A stretch of 24,069 nucleotides of DNA, taken from the IMG/VR virus record IMGVR_UViG_3300036784_000085, positions 1 through 24,069 of that record. One strand, given 5' to 3'. The stretch's first letter is position 1. Every line of letters starts with the position of its first letter. The DNA comes from a virus. Taxonomy: Duplodnaviria > Caudoviricetes. Below are positions 23,608 through 24,069 of this stretch, in pieces. Under the pieces are notes generated by a model. The model did not search any database and was not told where the DNA came from. It saw only the letters and a program-made list of their open reading frames with translations. The position numbers and the translations under genes are program-made.

Positions 23608-24069
23608 CTGGCACCTATCCGACCCGCCCATTATCTGAATGGACGCTTACGGGGCTGCTCAGCTCAGGTACCCTTGACCTTCACCGACTTCGTCTCGCTG
23701 ACTAGGCGAAACTCGAAGGTAGTCAGCCTTACATCCCCTGGTGCGTTGGCCCGACTTGAACGGGAGAGGCTAGCACTCGTCTCTGGGGTCCGTCTCGTCT
23801 GTCGACGGTAGCTATCCGTCTACCTAGTCGAGCTATACCACCCGCAACGCTCAGGTACTCGGTAGAATAGCGGAACTAACGATCTCATTCGAGGTGAGAC
23901 CAGACTACCGAGGCCCTACCAAGAGAGTGATGACTGACCCATACCTTACACCAACGGGTAATCGATGACCGACACGTCCAGCCCCTCACTCTCTGCAGAT
24001 CCTGTACGCCTTAATCGAACAGGATCCGTGGGAGTAGGAGGATTTGAAGCCTCCCTGGCCTCGTGCGCA
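23608..24069 (-). ncRNA. Putative structured ncRNA block with tRNA-like modules, truncated by the window edge
   Basis: No ORF of 60 aa or more; back-to-back stems; two T-arm-like hairpins; ends at a terminator. Confidence 0.55.
23739..23850 (-). ncRNA. tRNA-like element (non-canonical, 112 nt, CCA end)
   Basis: GCGTTG/CAACGC acceptor-like stem + ACCA; CCCG-TTCAAGT-CGGG T-arm; GACGG-7nt-CCGTC arm. Confidence 0.5.

Noticed and set aside
23608-23760. Permuted tmRNA (CCA followed by GGGGATG; CCGTAAGCGTC resembles actinobacterial tmRNA)
   Set aside because: GGGGATG cannot pair with the acceptor strand before the CCA, there is no G3-U70 pair, and no tag reading frame was found
1-24069. Apparent abundance of GATC/TCGA palindromes as a sign of restriction-proof DNA
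   Set aside because: Not quantified and plausibly explained by ATC/GAT/GAC/GAG codon preference; needs a codon-aware count

Overview
This window is the early/replication arm of a tailed dsDNA phage, probably of an actinobacterial host (inferred from GC-rich codon use and one actinobacterial-type surface protein). Essentially all real genes are on the minus strand. In transcription order (right to left) it holds: a ~500 nt highly structured non-coding block with tRNA-like pieces and a terminator; four SigA/sigma70-type promoters driving many small genes; an SNF2-like helicase; a Cas4-like exonuclease, Sak4-like ATPase and DUF669 SSB; a RepB-type primase-helicase; a complete preQ0 (7-deazaguanine) pathway (queC, queD, queE, folE). 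These are followed directly by a MazG-like pyrophosphatase, a TGT/DpdA-like transglycosylase, a DUF3310 protein, a uracil-DNA-glycosylase/family A DNA polymerase fusion with atypical active-site motifs, a degenerate HNH protein and a RuvC-like resolvase. Non-gene signals found by reading: a 13-bp motif CGTGTGGGGTTTG in six exact copies, a ~43-bp hairpin element present twice in inverted orientation 20 kb apart, a structured primase leader that hides its ribosome-binding site, and chains of translationally coupled micro-ORFs missing from the ORF track. All family calls are by motif recognition by eye; no searches were run.
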